From Candidatus Heimdallarchaeota archaeon (lineage in GTDB: Archaea; Asgardarchaeota; Heimdallarchaeia; JABLTI01), in the NCBI GenBank assembly GCA_018238155.1, contig JABCTZ010000019.1:6832-30831 (forward strand): 24,000 nucleotides of DNA, read 5' to 3'. Of the stretch, positions 1-7,688 are shown in pieces (the stretch's first letter is position 1; each line of letters starts with the position of its first letter). The notes beneath the pieces were generated by a model, which had not been told where the DNA came from, ran no database searches, and saw only the letters and a program-made list of their open reading frames with translations. The position numbers and the translations under genes were made by a program.

Positions 1-266
1 AGCTCAAATCAAATAAAAAATGAATGGGTGTAATGAAGCGGGTCACTAATTTTGTTGAACGAAAGAGATGAAGGGGTCATCTCTAACTAAAGATTACTAA
101 TTCATTTATTTTTGATCTTTTTTCTGTAGATTAGTAGACACAGTACAACTACCAATACAGCAAATACAGGTACCCTGCGCTTCACTATCATCATCTTCTC
201 AAGTAAAAGAAAGAACAGATGTAGAAGAAGGATTTTTTTCTGAAAATCGACTTTTACTTTAGGTAT

Positions 267-1094
267 TCATAATTGATTCTCAAGAAGAAATTCAGTTAAT
301 ACTCTGTTAAATTCCTTGGGGTTTTCCAAATTTGAAGTATGACCTGCATTATGAATAATTGCCATTGAGGAATGCTCTATTAATTCGTTCATTTTATTAG
401 CATGTTTAAAAACAGCTTTTGATTCAAATTCACCATTAATTAGTAAAGTGGGAACATTGACTTGAGAAAGATCTTGAATTTTATAATCATAAATCGCACT
501 AAATATCTTGTTAAATTCCTTAACAGTAAATCTGTTCATTTCTCCTTTTTCATAGTCAATAATACTATCATCCTCACCAACCCACTTCTTCCCTCGAGAC
601 ACTTTGGCAAACCAAAAAGCAAAGTTAGTATATCGTTTTACTCCAAATATTCGCACTATTAGTAGAAACAACCATTTTGGGGCAAAAAGATACTTTAGTA
701 GCTTATCGCCGAATGTAAGTTCAGAAGAAATTGCGGTATCAGATAGAATAAGTGCTTTAATACCATAATCAGAGAATTTTGTTGCTAAAACTTGAGCAAC
801 CATTCCACCCATTGAAAGTCCAACGATAATTGGATTTCTTATTTGAAGCTTTTCTAACATCTCTTTCAAATCAAAAGCAAATAACTCCATTGAATATCTC
901 TTCTTCAAAGAACCGCCAGTACGTCCATGACCTCGAATATCAAAAGTAATAACTTGATAATTATTTGAAAAATGTTTCACTTGGGGCGCCCACATCTTGT
1001 GACTGACCCAGCCACCATGAATAAAAAGCAAAGGATGTCCTTTGCCAAGAATTTCATAATAAATATCAATATCACTAATAGCTATTTTTGGCAT
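267..1094 (-). CDS. alpha/beta-fold hydrolase
   Basis: 275-aa ORF. It has an HGG oxyanion-type motif (LLFIHGGW), the nucleophile elbow GLSMGG (GxSxG) and a C-terminal catalytic His context (HNAGHTSNLENP). ATG start. Confidence 0.85.
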   Translation of the reverse strand: MPKIAISDIDIYYEILGKGHPLLFIHGGWVSHKMWAPQVKHFSNNYQVITFDIRGHGRTGGSLKKRYSMELFAFDLKEMLEKLQIRNPIIVGLSMGGMVAQVLATKFSDYGIKALILSDTAISSELTFGDKLLKYLFAPKWLFLLIVRIFGVKRYTNFAFWFAKVSRGKKWVGEDDSIIDYEKGEMNRFTVKEFNKIFSAIYDYKIQDLSQVNVPTLLINGEFESKAVFKHANKMNELIEHSSMAIIHNAGHTSNLENPKEFNRVLTEFLLENQL

Positions 1095-1249
1095 AATAAT
1101 ACTTCTCTTTATTCATTTGAATAGGTTTCTCATAAGCATTAAATAAAATCAAAAAAAGGAAAATATTCCTTCAATGAGCATGATAATGGGTTACAAATAA
1201 TTTGTAGTATAATTCAAATAACAGAAATAACATCATAATAAATCCAGAG

Positions 1250-2059
1250 TTGAGCATTGACGTGGAAATTACGAATGTAATAGCTATTGTTGTATTCATT
1301 GGACCTACTCTAGGAATAATTGCTTTTCTAATAGGGATGAAATTAACAGGTATGGAACGAAGAAATTATTCTGTTCGTAAATCAAGTGATATCGTTAATG
1401 GAAAAAAGGCAATTGAGATAGTTGAAAAATATAAGCCAATAATATATCAAACGGATAATATAGAGAAAGATATTCAATTCCTTTTTTATGAGCTAGTGGA
1501 ACAAAAGGAAAAAATAGTACTAATCTATAGACCAGTATGGAATGACGAAATACATCCTAACCCGATCATTCACTCATTATACAAATACTTTAGATGGATT
1601 TTCTATGGATCAGTAAAAGACATAGAATTTATTGAAATTTATATTGACAAAAAAACAGGCGAAGTAGAATCATTCAATTATGAAACTCTAACAGAAGGGT
1701 CTACAATAGAAGCTCCTGAACACGAATTCACAGAAATAGAGAAGAAAGGGGAAAAATACTACAACAAAACGAAGGGAAAAGAACTTGGTTATAGTCCATT
1801 TGAAGAGTATCGATGCATTTTACAAGTGAAAACTTGGAATCATTTACTAAGCATCACAGAAAAACCTCAGGGAAAGAAGTTTGACAGTCCTGTAACACCC
1901 TTAACAAATTGGCTATTTAGGAAATATTCTATCTCAAGAAGATCAACCGGGTATATAAGAACAAAATCAAAGAAATGGGTGAAATATATGGTGTCATTTG
2001 TATTACTGATTGTTTTTGGTATTGGTTTCCCACTTGTACTGTATTCCATCCTTCTGTAA
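1250..2059 (+). CDS. hypothetical membrane-anchored protein (N- and C-terminal TM helices)
   Basis: 269-aa ORF with a TTG start. Hydrophobic helix at the N-terminus (VIAIVVFIGPTLGIIAFLIGM) and at the C-terminus (MVSFVLLIVFGIGFPLVLYSILL). No family recognised. Confidence 0.5.
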   Translation: MSIDVEITNVIAIVVFIGPTLGIIAFLIGMKLTGMERRNYSVRKSSDIVNGKKAIEIVEKYKPIIYQTDNIEKDIQFLFYELVEQKEKIVLIYRPVWNDEIHPNPIIHSLYKYFRWIFYGSVKDIEFIEIYIDKKTGEVESFNYETLTEGSTIEAPEHEFTEIEKKGEKYYNKTKGKELGYSPFEEYRCILQVKTWNHLLSITEKPQGKKFDSPVTPLTNWLFRKYSISRRSTGYIRTKSKKWVKYMVSFVLLIVFGIGFPLVLYSILL

Positions 2060-2154
2060 TCAGCATGAATTCCAATTAAGGTGGAAATATCTTCTCAACG
2101 TTAGCAAGGAAAAGAGGAGCAAAATTTCAACTTTGTTTTCTATAGGATGTTGAT

Positions 2155-2415
2155 TTAGAGGTTTGAATTTTCGGTCTGTTTGCTAGTTTTGCGCAATCGG
2201 CTAAAACTTACTCCAAAGATTATTGTTGGAATCAATGAGATAAGAAAAACAAAAGCCATAATTAACGTCATTGTTGGTAAGATAAAGTATTCCTCAGTCA
2301 AACCCACAATAATAGTTCCAATAAGAAGAAATACTGATAAAATAAGGAAGATAATAAAGAAGCTAATCCTTCTTCTAATTCTTTTTGTTAGATTTTCTGC
2401 CAAAGTATTGAACAT
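2155..2415 (-). CDS. small two-TM membrane protein
   Basis: 86-aa ORF with an ATG start and two long hydrophobic segments. The overlapping plus-strand ORF 2180..2431 is its antisense shadow. Confidence 0.45.
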   Translation of the reverse strand: MFNTLAENLTKRIRRRISFFIIFLILSVFLLIGTIIVGLTEEYFILPTMTLIMAFVFLISLIPTIIFGVSFSRLRKTSKQTENSNL

Positions 2416-2824
2416 CCATATTCTTTTCTAGAAATAACAACGTGAAAGTACTTTTTAAAGAAATCGTAAGAACAAAATAATTGATAGATGTTCTTTAAAT
2501 ATTACCAATTACAAGTACAACAACCTATATACTATAATCTCCTAAGTCAACCTCAAAATCTCTAAATGTCCTATAATTTTTAATATGAATGTGTTTAATT
2601 CTCACTATTTATATGCCCCAATATTAATCTTCGAAGTTTAAAATAGAATTAATTGTTGTTTATTATGTAAACAAAAATTAGCCCATTTTCCAAATTCATT
2701 ATATCTATACCAACATTGTTTTTAAATATAATTCTGATGAAAAAATAATGAAGAACTCAATTTAATTACTTGGCTTAAGAAAAATAAGACGAAAACAATA
2801 ATATAGCTTTCTTTACCTTCTTCT

Positions 2825-3562
2825 TTACTCAATTTTACAAACATCTGTTAATCTACAATTCCAGCAAGAAGTTTCGATTAATGGAAATTTCTCTTGGGAA
2901 ATCTCGGAGAGTATTCGTTGATAAGATTCTTGAAAAGATAATAACTCATCTACTTTCAATTCAAAGATTCTCTCAATTCCTGATTTGTAATAATAGCAAC
3001 CAATTTCTACTACATTATACAAGAATTCATCATATTCCATATTTTCAGCCCTAAAGTTGTTTAACAAATTTGCATAAAATACCAGTGCTAGCTTATCATT
3101 TTGATGAGGTTCAGATTTATAGTCAATTATTCTTAATCCATCTTTACTCTTGCACAATTCCACACAATCAATTATTCCTCTCTGCCTTTCTGTCATTAAT
3201 CGTGACTCTGTTTGAACAGGTATCCAGTAATCAGAGTCTTCGAAATATTTTCTCTGTTGATACAACCAATAAAGTAATTTTATTTGATTACTAGCAATTT
3301 CTTTTGGTGGTTCTGGTTCAGTTATTCTATTCCGATATTTTTTATGAAACGTTTCAAAGAATGAGTGTTTGATTATTCCATTCAAATTATCTCCACTATA
3401 ATTACGCAGAACATAGCTAGAAGTGCTCCTTTTTGAATTCATGAAAGCCGTCTTGTAGGGTATTGGATTCAATATTCGATGAATGCGGAATTTCTGAAGG
3501 CACTCAAGATAATACAAATATTCCGTTTTGCTTAAATTTATTTCATAATCAAGAACTACCAT
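2825..3562 (-). CDS. Cas4-like PD-(D/E)xK nuclease with 4-Cys (Fe-S type) signature
   Basis: 245 aa. Motifs: N-terminal Cys (YYLEC21LQKF); GIIKHSFFE; RGIID132CVE ... RIID147YK149 (D...DxK); helix LALVFYANLL; C-terminal C233-x2-C236-x5-C242 (nt 2837-2866). This one N-terminal plus three C-terminal Cys arrangement is typical of the Cas4/DUF83/AddB family. ATG start 6 nt after the upstream gene's stop. Confidence 0.65.
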   Translation of the reverse strand: MVVLDYEINLSKTEYLYYLECLQKFRIHRILNPIPYKTAFMNSKRSTSSYVLRNYSGDNLNGIIKHSFFETFHKKYRNRITEPEPPKEIASNQIKLLYWLYQQRKYFEDSDYWIPVQTESRLMTERQRGIIDCVELCKSKDGLRIIDYKSEPHQNDKLALVFYANLLNNFRAENMEYDEFLYNVVEIGCYYYKSGIERIFELKVDELLSFQESYQRILSEISQEKFPLIETSCWNCRLTDVCKIE

Positions 3563-3568
3563 CCTTAT

Positions 3569-4264
3569 TCACCCCTTATGTTTTAAAGAAAAAACCAAAG
3601 AAGGCTCTTCCATAAGTAAACTTTCAATGTTCTTCAGAATTCCTTTTTTCTTCCCTACTTTACTATGCCAATACATCGAAGCTATTTTTTCAGCTAATTG
3701 CTCTATTGATCGTTTATTAGCTGGAAGAATTCTCTTTTTTTCTCCCTCTAATTTCTCTCTCTTTTCCTCATATTTTGCTAATTTAGAATAATAATTTCTT
3801 GTTGCTTTTTTCAGATCTACCAGTGAACTTTTTGGTATTTTTTTCTGATGTTTCAGACAGTGGAATAACCTCAATTCTTGCAATGATATGCGTTCAAATT
3901 TATTGTTGAAAAAATCTTCAAGGGTAAGACAGCAATTCTTTTTGCCAGTAGCATCTCGAGAGTATATTAGTAATCCACTCTCTTCTAATGCATCACAATA
4001 TTTCTTTGTCTGATCCCAAGACCAAGGAAGTGCGGAACGAATTTCATGCAAACTCTTACTAGATAATTCCCCCATCTCAAATAATTCATTTATCCAATTG
4101 ACGAGGAATGCGTGTGTTCGTATGAATCCTTTTTGAGCTATAGTTTTGATTACTAGGCTCAAATTTCGATGATTGTTCTTCTTCACTAGTTTATAATCAT
4201 GTTCTCGTTGTAGACAAGCAACATTCTCATGCAACAATGCTATACAATCTTTCTCAAAAACCAT
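3569..4264 (-). CDS. hypothetical protein, probable winged-helix DNA-binding domain plus Lys/Glu-rich coiled-coil tail
   Basis: 231-aa ORF. wHTH-like stretch LSSKSLHEIRSALPWSWDQTKKYCDALEESGLLIYSRDATGKK. Sits 13 nt downstream of the Cas1-like gene and 6 nt upstream of the Cas4-like gene. Confidence 0.5.
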   Translation of the reverse strand: MVFEKDCIALLHENVACLQREHDYKLVKKNNHRNLSLVIKTIAQKGFIRTHAFLVNWINELFEMGELSSKSLHEIRSALPWSWDQTKKYCDALEESGLLIYSRDATGKKNCCLTLEDFFNNKFERISLQELRLFHCLKHQKKIPKSSLVDLKKATRNYYSKLAKYEEKREKLEGEKKRILPANKRSIEQLAEKIASMYWHSKVGKKKGILKNIESLLMEEPSLVFSLKHKG

Positions 4265-4277
4265 AATCTTACCACCT

Positions 4278-6296
4278 TCAATTTACCTCATCAATCGATA
4301 AAGGCTTAAAAACAAAATTCTCTGAAAAGAACCGTTGAGAGAAAGTTTGTATTTGTTGCCGTTCCTTTTGAGTTAAAACATCTATCCTCTTTGTTTGTTG
4401 TAGCTTCTTCCAAAGAGTGAGTAGTTTGCTATTTGTTGATTGTTCTCTGCCTGTTAATTCTACAGAATGATTTGCCAGTTTATTCACGAGTTCTTTCTGT
4501 TGCTGAAGATAGCTTTCATACGCTCGTTTAAGGTTCGTGTTTTGTCCCGAGGTTAAACTTATTGTTGTATTAAGAGCACGCAAACCGATTTTTCTAATGA
4601 GTGTGTGAACATCTGAGTTGGGTTCAACACAGTAGTACGGGTCATAGCGTTTCCCTCGATTGACTAGAAAGTCGCCAGGACGTATTTCTTCGTTTCGGAT
4701 TGCTTCATGAATCCAGAGTAAAGCAATGATCTTAGCTTGTTCGATAGTATCCAAGTATAAACCGAAGGAATAACCTCGATGACACCAGCCACGAAAACCA
4801 TCCCAAGCAAGAGAAATGACATTATAGATCTCCTTCTTCAAGTATGAAGTAATGATCAAGTTGACACCATTAATAAGAGAATCATAAGCAGAACGAGCAT
4901 AGAAATAGGCAAAGGGAAGGAACCGTTCAAAACGAACCATACGAGAAACGCTACGAGCGGGAGTCAGGAAACCATATTTCTGTGCTTCACGTTTTAATGG
5001 TTCAACCATCAAACTACTAACACCACCTTCATATCTTTGCCACTGCTTGAAATGAAGACTAGGCACACTCCAATAATTGCGAATAGTGTCTTTCATGTTG
5101 TCTAATGCATCGATAAAATAGATTTTCAGGTCAGCATCAACAAATTTTCGTATCTTCGTTTCAATAAGCGTTACTCGTGTTCGAAGGTTTGCTTGAAAAG
5201 TAGGGATATTGAGAATACTGCTAGCAATAAGGAGCTCATTACCACCAACCTCTTTATCCTGTGGTTCGACACTTTCGATAGTATCAATTGGGGAATAGAG
5301 TCTGATTTTATAGTAGAGTTTGAGACCTGTTGCAGGATCAATCTTGTGGAGTAGATTCTCAAGATAATGATAATCATCCCAGTGCTTTGCATAAATATAT
5401 TTTAACTTTCGAAGAGGAAAATAAGTCAGATCAGCAGAATGGACCAGCTCTTCTGTAGTGGTTTTACTGCCAATAAATAAGTTCTCTTCTTTAGTACGAA
5501 GAGTAAAACTGCCAGGTTTAATGATAGAAATACCATACCAATATTTTTCTAGAGAGTCGAGACTATCCTTATTTTGAGGTGGAAGTGTTTCGCCAGTAAG
5601 ATCATGAAAGCTCTTCTGGAGAATGTCAAAATGACTGTCCCAATAGTACACACGATAATCATCAAAGTGCTCATCATATCCAAATTCCATAGGCGAACCA
5701 CAGTGAGGACAGTAAAAAGTAGTAGAACCAATTCTGATGTTCTGCAAATAAAAACTAAATGCACCAATAACTTGCTTGCAACGGTCAATCGGACAACGAA
5801 AGAATTCACCATCTCTATTCTCTCGAATAAAACGAGCCATCGTTCTACTCTTCAGTTGTCCAGGCACTCGACAGTTAAAGAATTCGCATTTGGGAGCATC
5901 ACGAGGAACTGCTTGAAGAGCTACCCGGAGTTTCAAATGAGCAGCCATAAGCGAAGGATTGCTCTTGAAAGCAAGGTCTAATAATGTGCACCTTTGGATA
6001 GCAGATAACCACTGACAAGCACCACAATTAGATCGGTCATCAGTTGGAGCTTCATCTTCTTGAGGTTGTCCTTCTGAACTATAATATAACCGAACAGATC
6101 GTTCAAGGGATTGCTTGTCAGTATAATACTGAATATTTCCTTGGACAGCAAGGGTACGTAATACTTGACAGATTTGTGAATGGCTCCTGTTTAAATTAAT
6201 AGCAAGATCCTTACTTGAAACAGCTTGTGTGGGATCTACGCGGTCATGCACCAAAGATGCAACTAAAGAGCGAAGATCATTTCTACCTGTTCTCAT
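4278..6296 (-). CDS. multidomain protein: wHTH + Cys-rich (Zn-ribbon-like) region + Cas1-like integrase core
   Basis: Numbering follows the 694-aa track ORF.
- wHTH, about aa 45-85: SSKDLAINLNRSHSQICQVLRTLAVQGNIQYY.
- Cys pairs: C113xxC116, C159x4C164, C190x4C195, C218xxC221.
- The C-terminal half matches the Cas1 pattern: RYE445GG...REAQKYGF, then ARSAYDSLINGVNLIITSYL, then GFRGWCH528RGYSFGLYLD538TIE541.
- The H+10 Asp and H+13 acidic spacing is the same as E. coli Cas1 H208/D218/D221 (recalled from memory).
The start is uncertain. ATG at 6296 overlaps the upstream stop by 14 nt. The track start is TTG 6362 / ATG 6359, which would add a hydrophobic 22-aa leader. Confidence 0.65.
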   Translation of the reverse strand: MRTGRNDLRSLVASLVHDRVDPTQAVSSKDLAINLNRSHSQICQVLRTLAVQGNIQYYTDKQSLERSVRLYYSSEGQPQEDEAPTDDRSNCGACQWLSAIQRCTLLDLAFKSNPSLMAAHLKLRVALQAVPRDAPKCEFFNCRVPGQLKSRTMARFIRENRDGEFFRCPIDRCKQVIGAFSFYLQNIRIGSTTFYCPHCGSPMEFGYDEHFDDYRVYYWDSHFDILQKSFHDLTGETLPPQNKDSLDSLEKYWYGISIIKPGSFTLRTKEENLFIGSKTTTEELVHSADLTYFPLRKLKYIYAKHWDDYHYLENLLHKIDPATGLKLYYKIRLYSPIDTIESVEPQDKEVGGNELLIASSILNIPTFQANLRTRVTLIETKIRKFVDADLKIYFIDALDNMKDTIRNYWSVPSLHFKQWQRYEGGVSSLMVEPLKREAQKYGFLTPARSVSRMVRFERFLPFAYFYARSAYDSLINGVNLIITSYLKKEIYNVISLAWDGFRGWCHRGYSFGLYLDTIEQAKIIALLWIHEAIRNEEIRPGDFLVNRGKRYDPYYCVEPNSDVHTLIRKIGLRALNTTISLTSGQNTNLKRAYESYLQQQKELVNKLANHSVELTGREQSTNSKLLTLWKKLQQTKRIDVLTQKERQQIQTFSQRFFSENFVFKPLSIDEVN

Positions 6297-7074
6297 GTAA
6301 CCTCTTCTCCAGTATAAAATCATCAACCATAAGACTATGGGGACCGATAGAAGATTCATCAAGCCAAGGAGGAAGCTCCTGGTAATCGGTAAAGACTGAG
6401 AGAATAATCTCTATCAATTCTTTATCATTCAAATCGTTAGCTCGAGTAATTTCCACTTGATTGATCCGAGAAACAACCTCTTCAGAGAATAGTTGTAAGG
6501 AATTATCATCATAATCATCCGATTCTTCTCTCTTCGAATCCTTCGCATAAGCAATCGTTCGTTTAATCTTTTTGACCCACTCAAACCATTCCTGATACTC
6601 AGCAATTGATTTATCAACGGTTCGTTCCTTCAGTTGAAGGAAGGTCAGAAATTTAGGAACATTCTCAGCAGAAGGAAGAAAACCGAAGGAATGATCGTCA
6701 CTACAACCATCTTCACTATCCAACTTATTAGCTAACCAAGCATTAAAACCGAAAAAACGAAACAAAGCACTAGAAAGAAAAGGATGGTCAAGCTGAAGAT
6801 CAACAACACGACGACGACCTGAACGATAATACGTAATAAGACCAAGATTTGCCAGTGACTTGAGACTAGAACCAATAGCATTAGGGGATCGGTCTAGAAA
6901 CCGACAAAGAAAACCAACAATATTGACAAACTTGCATGTGAAATTCAAGATAAACAATAACTGAAGTGTAAGCAAAACTTCCTCCATAACAGGAGTGAAT
7001 TTAACATTCATATTCAACTCAGCAAAACGATACTCGTCTACCTCTGTTAAGACAAGATTATTCTGAAACTTCAT
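6283..7074 (-). CDS. hypothetical wHTH (MarR-like) protein with acidic C-terminal half
   Basis: wHTH-like IVGFLCRFLDRSPNAIGSSLKSLANLGLITYYRSGRRRVV. ATG at 7074 is preceded by GGAGA 8 nt upstream. The track's longer version starts at TTG 7155. The stop overlaps the start of the Cas1-like gene. Confidence 0.5.
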   Translation of the reverse strand: MKFQNNLVLTEVDEYRFAELNMNVKFTPVMEEVLLTLQLLFILNFTCKFVNIVGFLCRFLDRSPNAIGSSLKSLANLGLITYYRSGRRRVVDLQLDHPFLSSALFRFFGFNAWLANKLDSEDGCSDDHSFGFLPSAENVPKFLTFLQLKERTVDKSIAEYQEWFEWVKKIKRTIAYAKDSKREESDDYDDNSLQLFSEEVVSRINQVEITRANDLNDKELIEIILSVFTDYQELPPWLDESSIGPHSLMVDDFILEKRLHENR

Positions 7075-7156
7075 AAGATTTTTCTCCAACAGAACTCTCC
7101 GACAAAATTGCTTATAAACCTCTAACTCACAAAAAATACCAGAATGCCTTCCCAAT

Positions 7157-7230
7157 ACTCACAAATAATTCAGAAAACCAATGCACTTCTAGGTAAATTT
7201 ACGCAAATTTCCTTCACTCACAAAAAATTC
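7157..7230. repeat. two copies of a 15-nt direct repeat upstream of the wHTH/Cas1-like operon
   Basis: actcacaaataattc (7157-7171) and actcacaaaaaattc (7216-7230). They match at 14 of 15 positions and lie 59 nt apart, in the operon's 5' flank. Confidence 0.3.
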
Positions 7231-7404
7231 TGTAAACTCCTTTAGTCCGCGCTATTCTTACTTCTAAGAATGCCAATTTTCCTCTTCTTATCCCTTCTCA
7301 TGACTAAATAAACCCCTCTTGTACATTAGCGAAAGTTAAACTCTATTCCTATTAACAAAGTACTCAAAGAAGAAAAAAATTGTTGAAATTTAAATTTGCT
7401 TTTT

Positions 7405-7527
7405 TCAAGATTCCAATTCATTCATTCGTTTCTCAAATGCATCAAGTCTTCTCCAAACTTCTTTTATTTGTTCATCAAGCTTTTGCTCTAGTTTGTCAAT
7501 TCTTTTGTTTACGTACATGCTACTCAT
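7405..7527 (-). CDS. possible 40-aa coiled-coil micro-protein
   Basis: Hand translation: MSSMYVNKRIDKLEQKLDEQIKEVWRRLDAFEKRMNELES*. ATG is preceded by GGAAGAGGA. Below the track's size cutoff. No family evidence. Confidence 0.25.
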   Translation of the reverse strand: MSSMYVNKRIDKLEQKLDEQIKEVWRRLDAFEKRMNELES

Positions 7528-7564
7528 TATTATCCTCTTCCTATATTGATTTTCTAATAGTTAC

Positions 7565-7637
7565 TCGCGTTGGAACGTTAAGCAAGACCACTGTAAGTGG
7601 GCTTGTAGTGACCGCGAATCTGCGACTAGCAGAGCTA
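7565..7637. ncRNA. possible structured RNA or terminator element (GC-enriched stem-loops in an AT-rich spacer)
   Basis: - Outer stem: 7565-7569 (tcgcg) pairs with 7613-7617 (cgcga).
- Inner hairpin: 7582-7591 pairs with 7597-7606. It has 9 pairs (one is G-T) plus one A/G mismatch, and loop tgtaa.
- Second hairpin: tagc-aga-gcta at 7627-7637.
Strand unknown. Confidence 0.2.
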
Positions 7638-7688
7638 TTAGGAATTTCTTTCTTCTATGAACACTACTTAAAAAATAGATTAGTATAT

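Noticed and set aside
115-205. 29-aa minus-strand micro-ORF (MMIVKRRVPVFAVLVVVLCLLIYRKKIKNK) at the left edge
   Set aside because: It is a plausible single-TM peptide, but it is very short, has no supporting signals I could verify, and lies in edge sequence of unknown context.
252-260. Possible terminal repeat: ttttacttt (252-260) is the reverse complement of aaagtaaaa next to the tRNA 3' end (12714-12722). agaaagtaaaa also occurs twice, at 12664-12674 and 12712-12722.
   Set aside because: These are 9-11-mers made almost entirely of A and T in a very AT-rich 24-kb window, so chance matches are expected. There is no extension of the match, and no copy of the tRNA 3' segment at either site.
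5574-5981. Antisense or overlapping track ORFs: 5574..5981(+), 5549..5812(-), 5171..5392(-), 6429..6617(-), 3070..3294(+), 462..662(+), 1867..2049(-), 2180..2431(+)
   Set aside because: They are embedded in or opposite to longer ORFs with recognisable domains, have low-complexity or odd composition, and show no motifs. They are typical shadow ORFs.
6297-6362. Hydrophobic 22-aa N-terminal extension (MMNLLSVPIVLWLMILYWRRGY) of the Cas1-like ORF as a signal or TM segment
   Set aside because: It lies entirely within the 3' end of the upstream gene in another frame. An ATG at 6296 gives a typical short operon overlap. A membrane anchor is also unexpected on a wHTH/zinc-finger DNA-binding protein. 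It is kept only as an alternative start.
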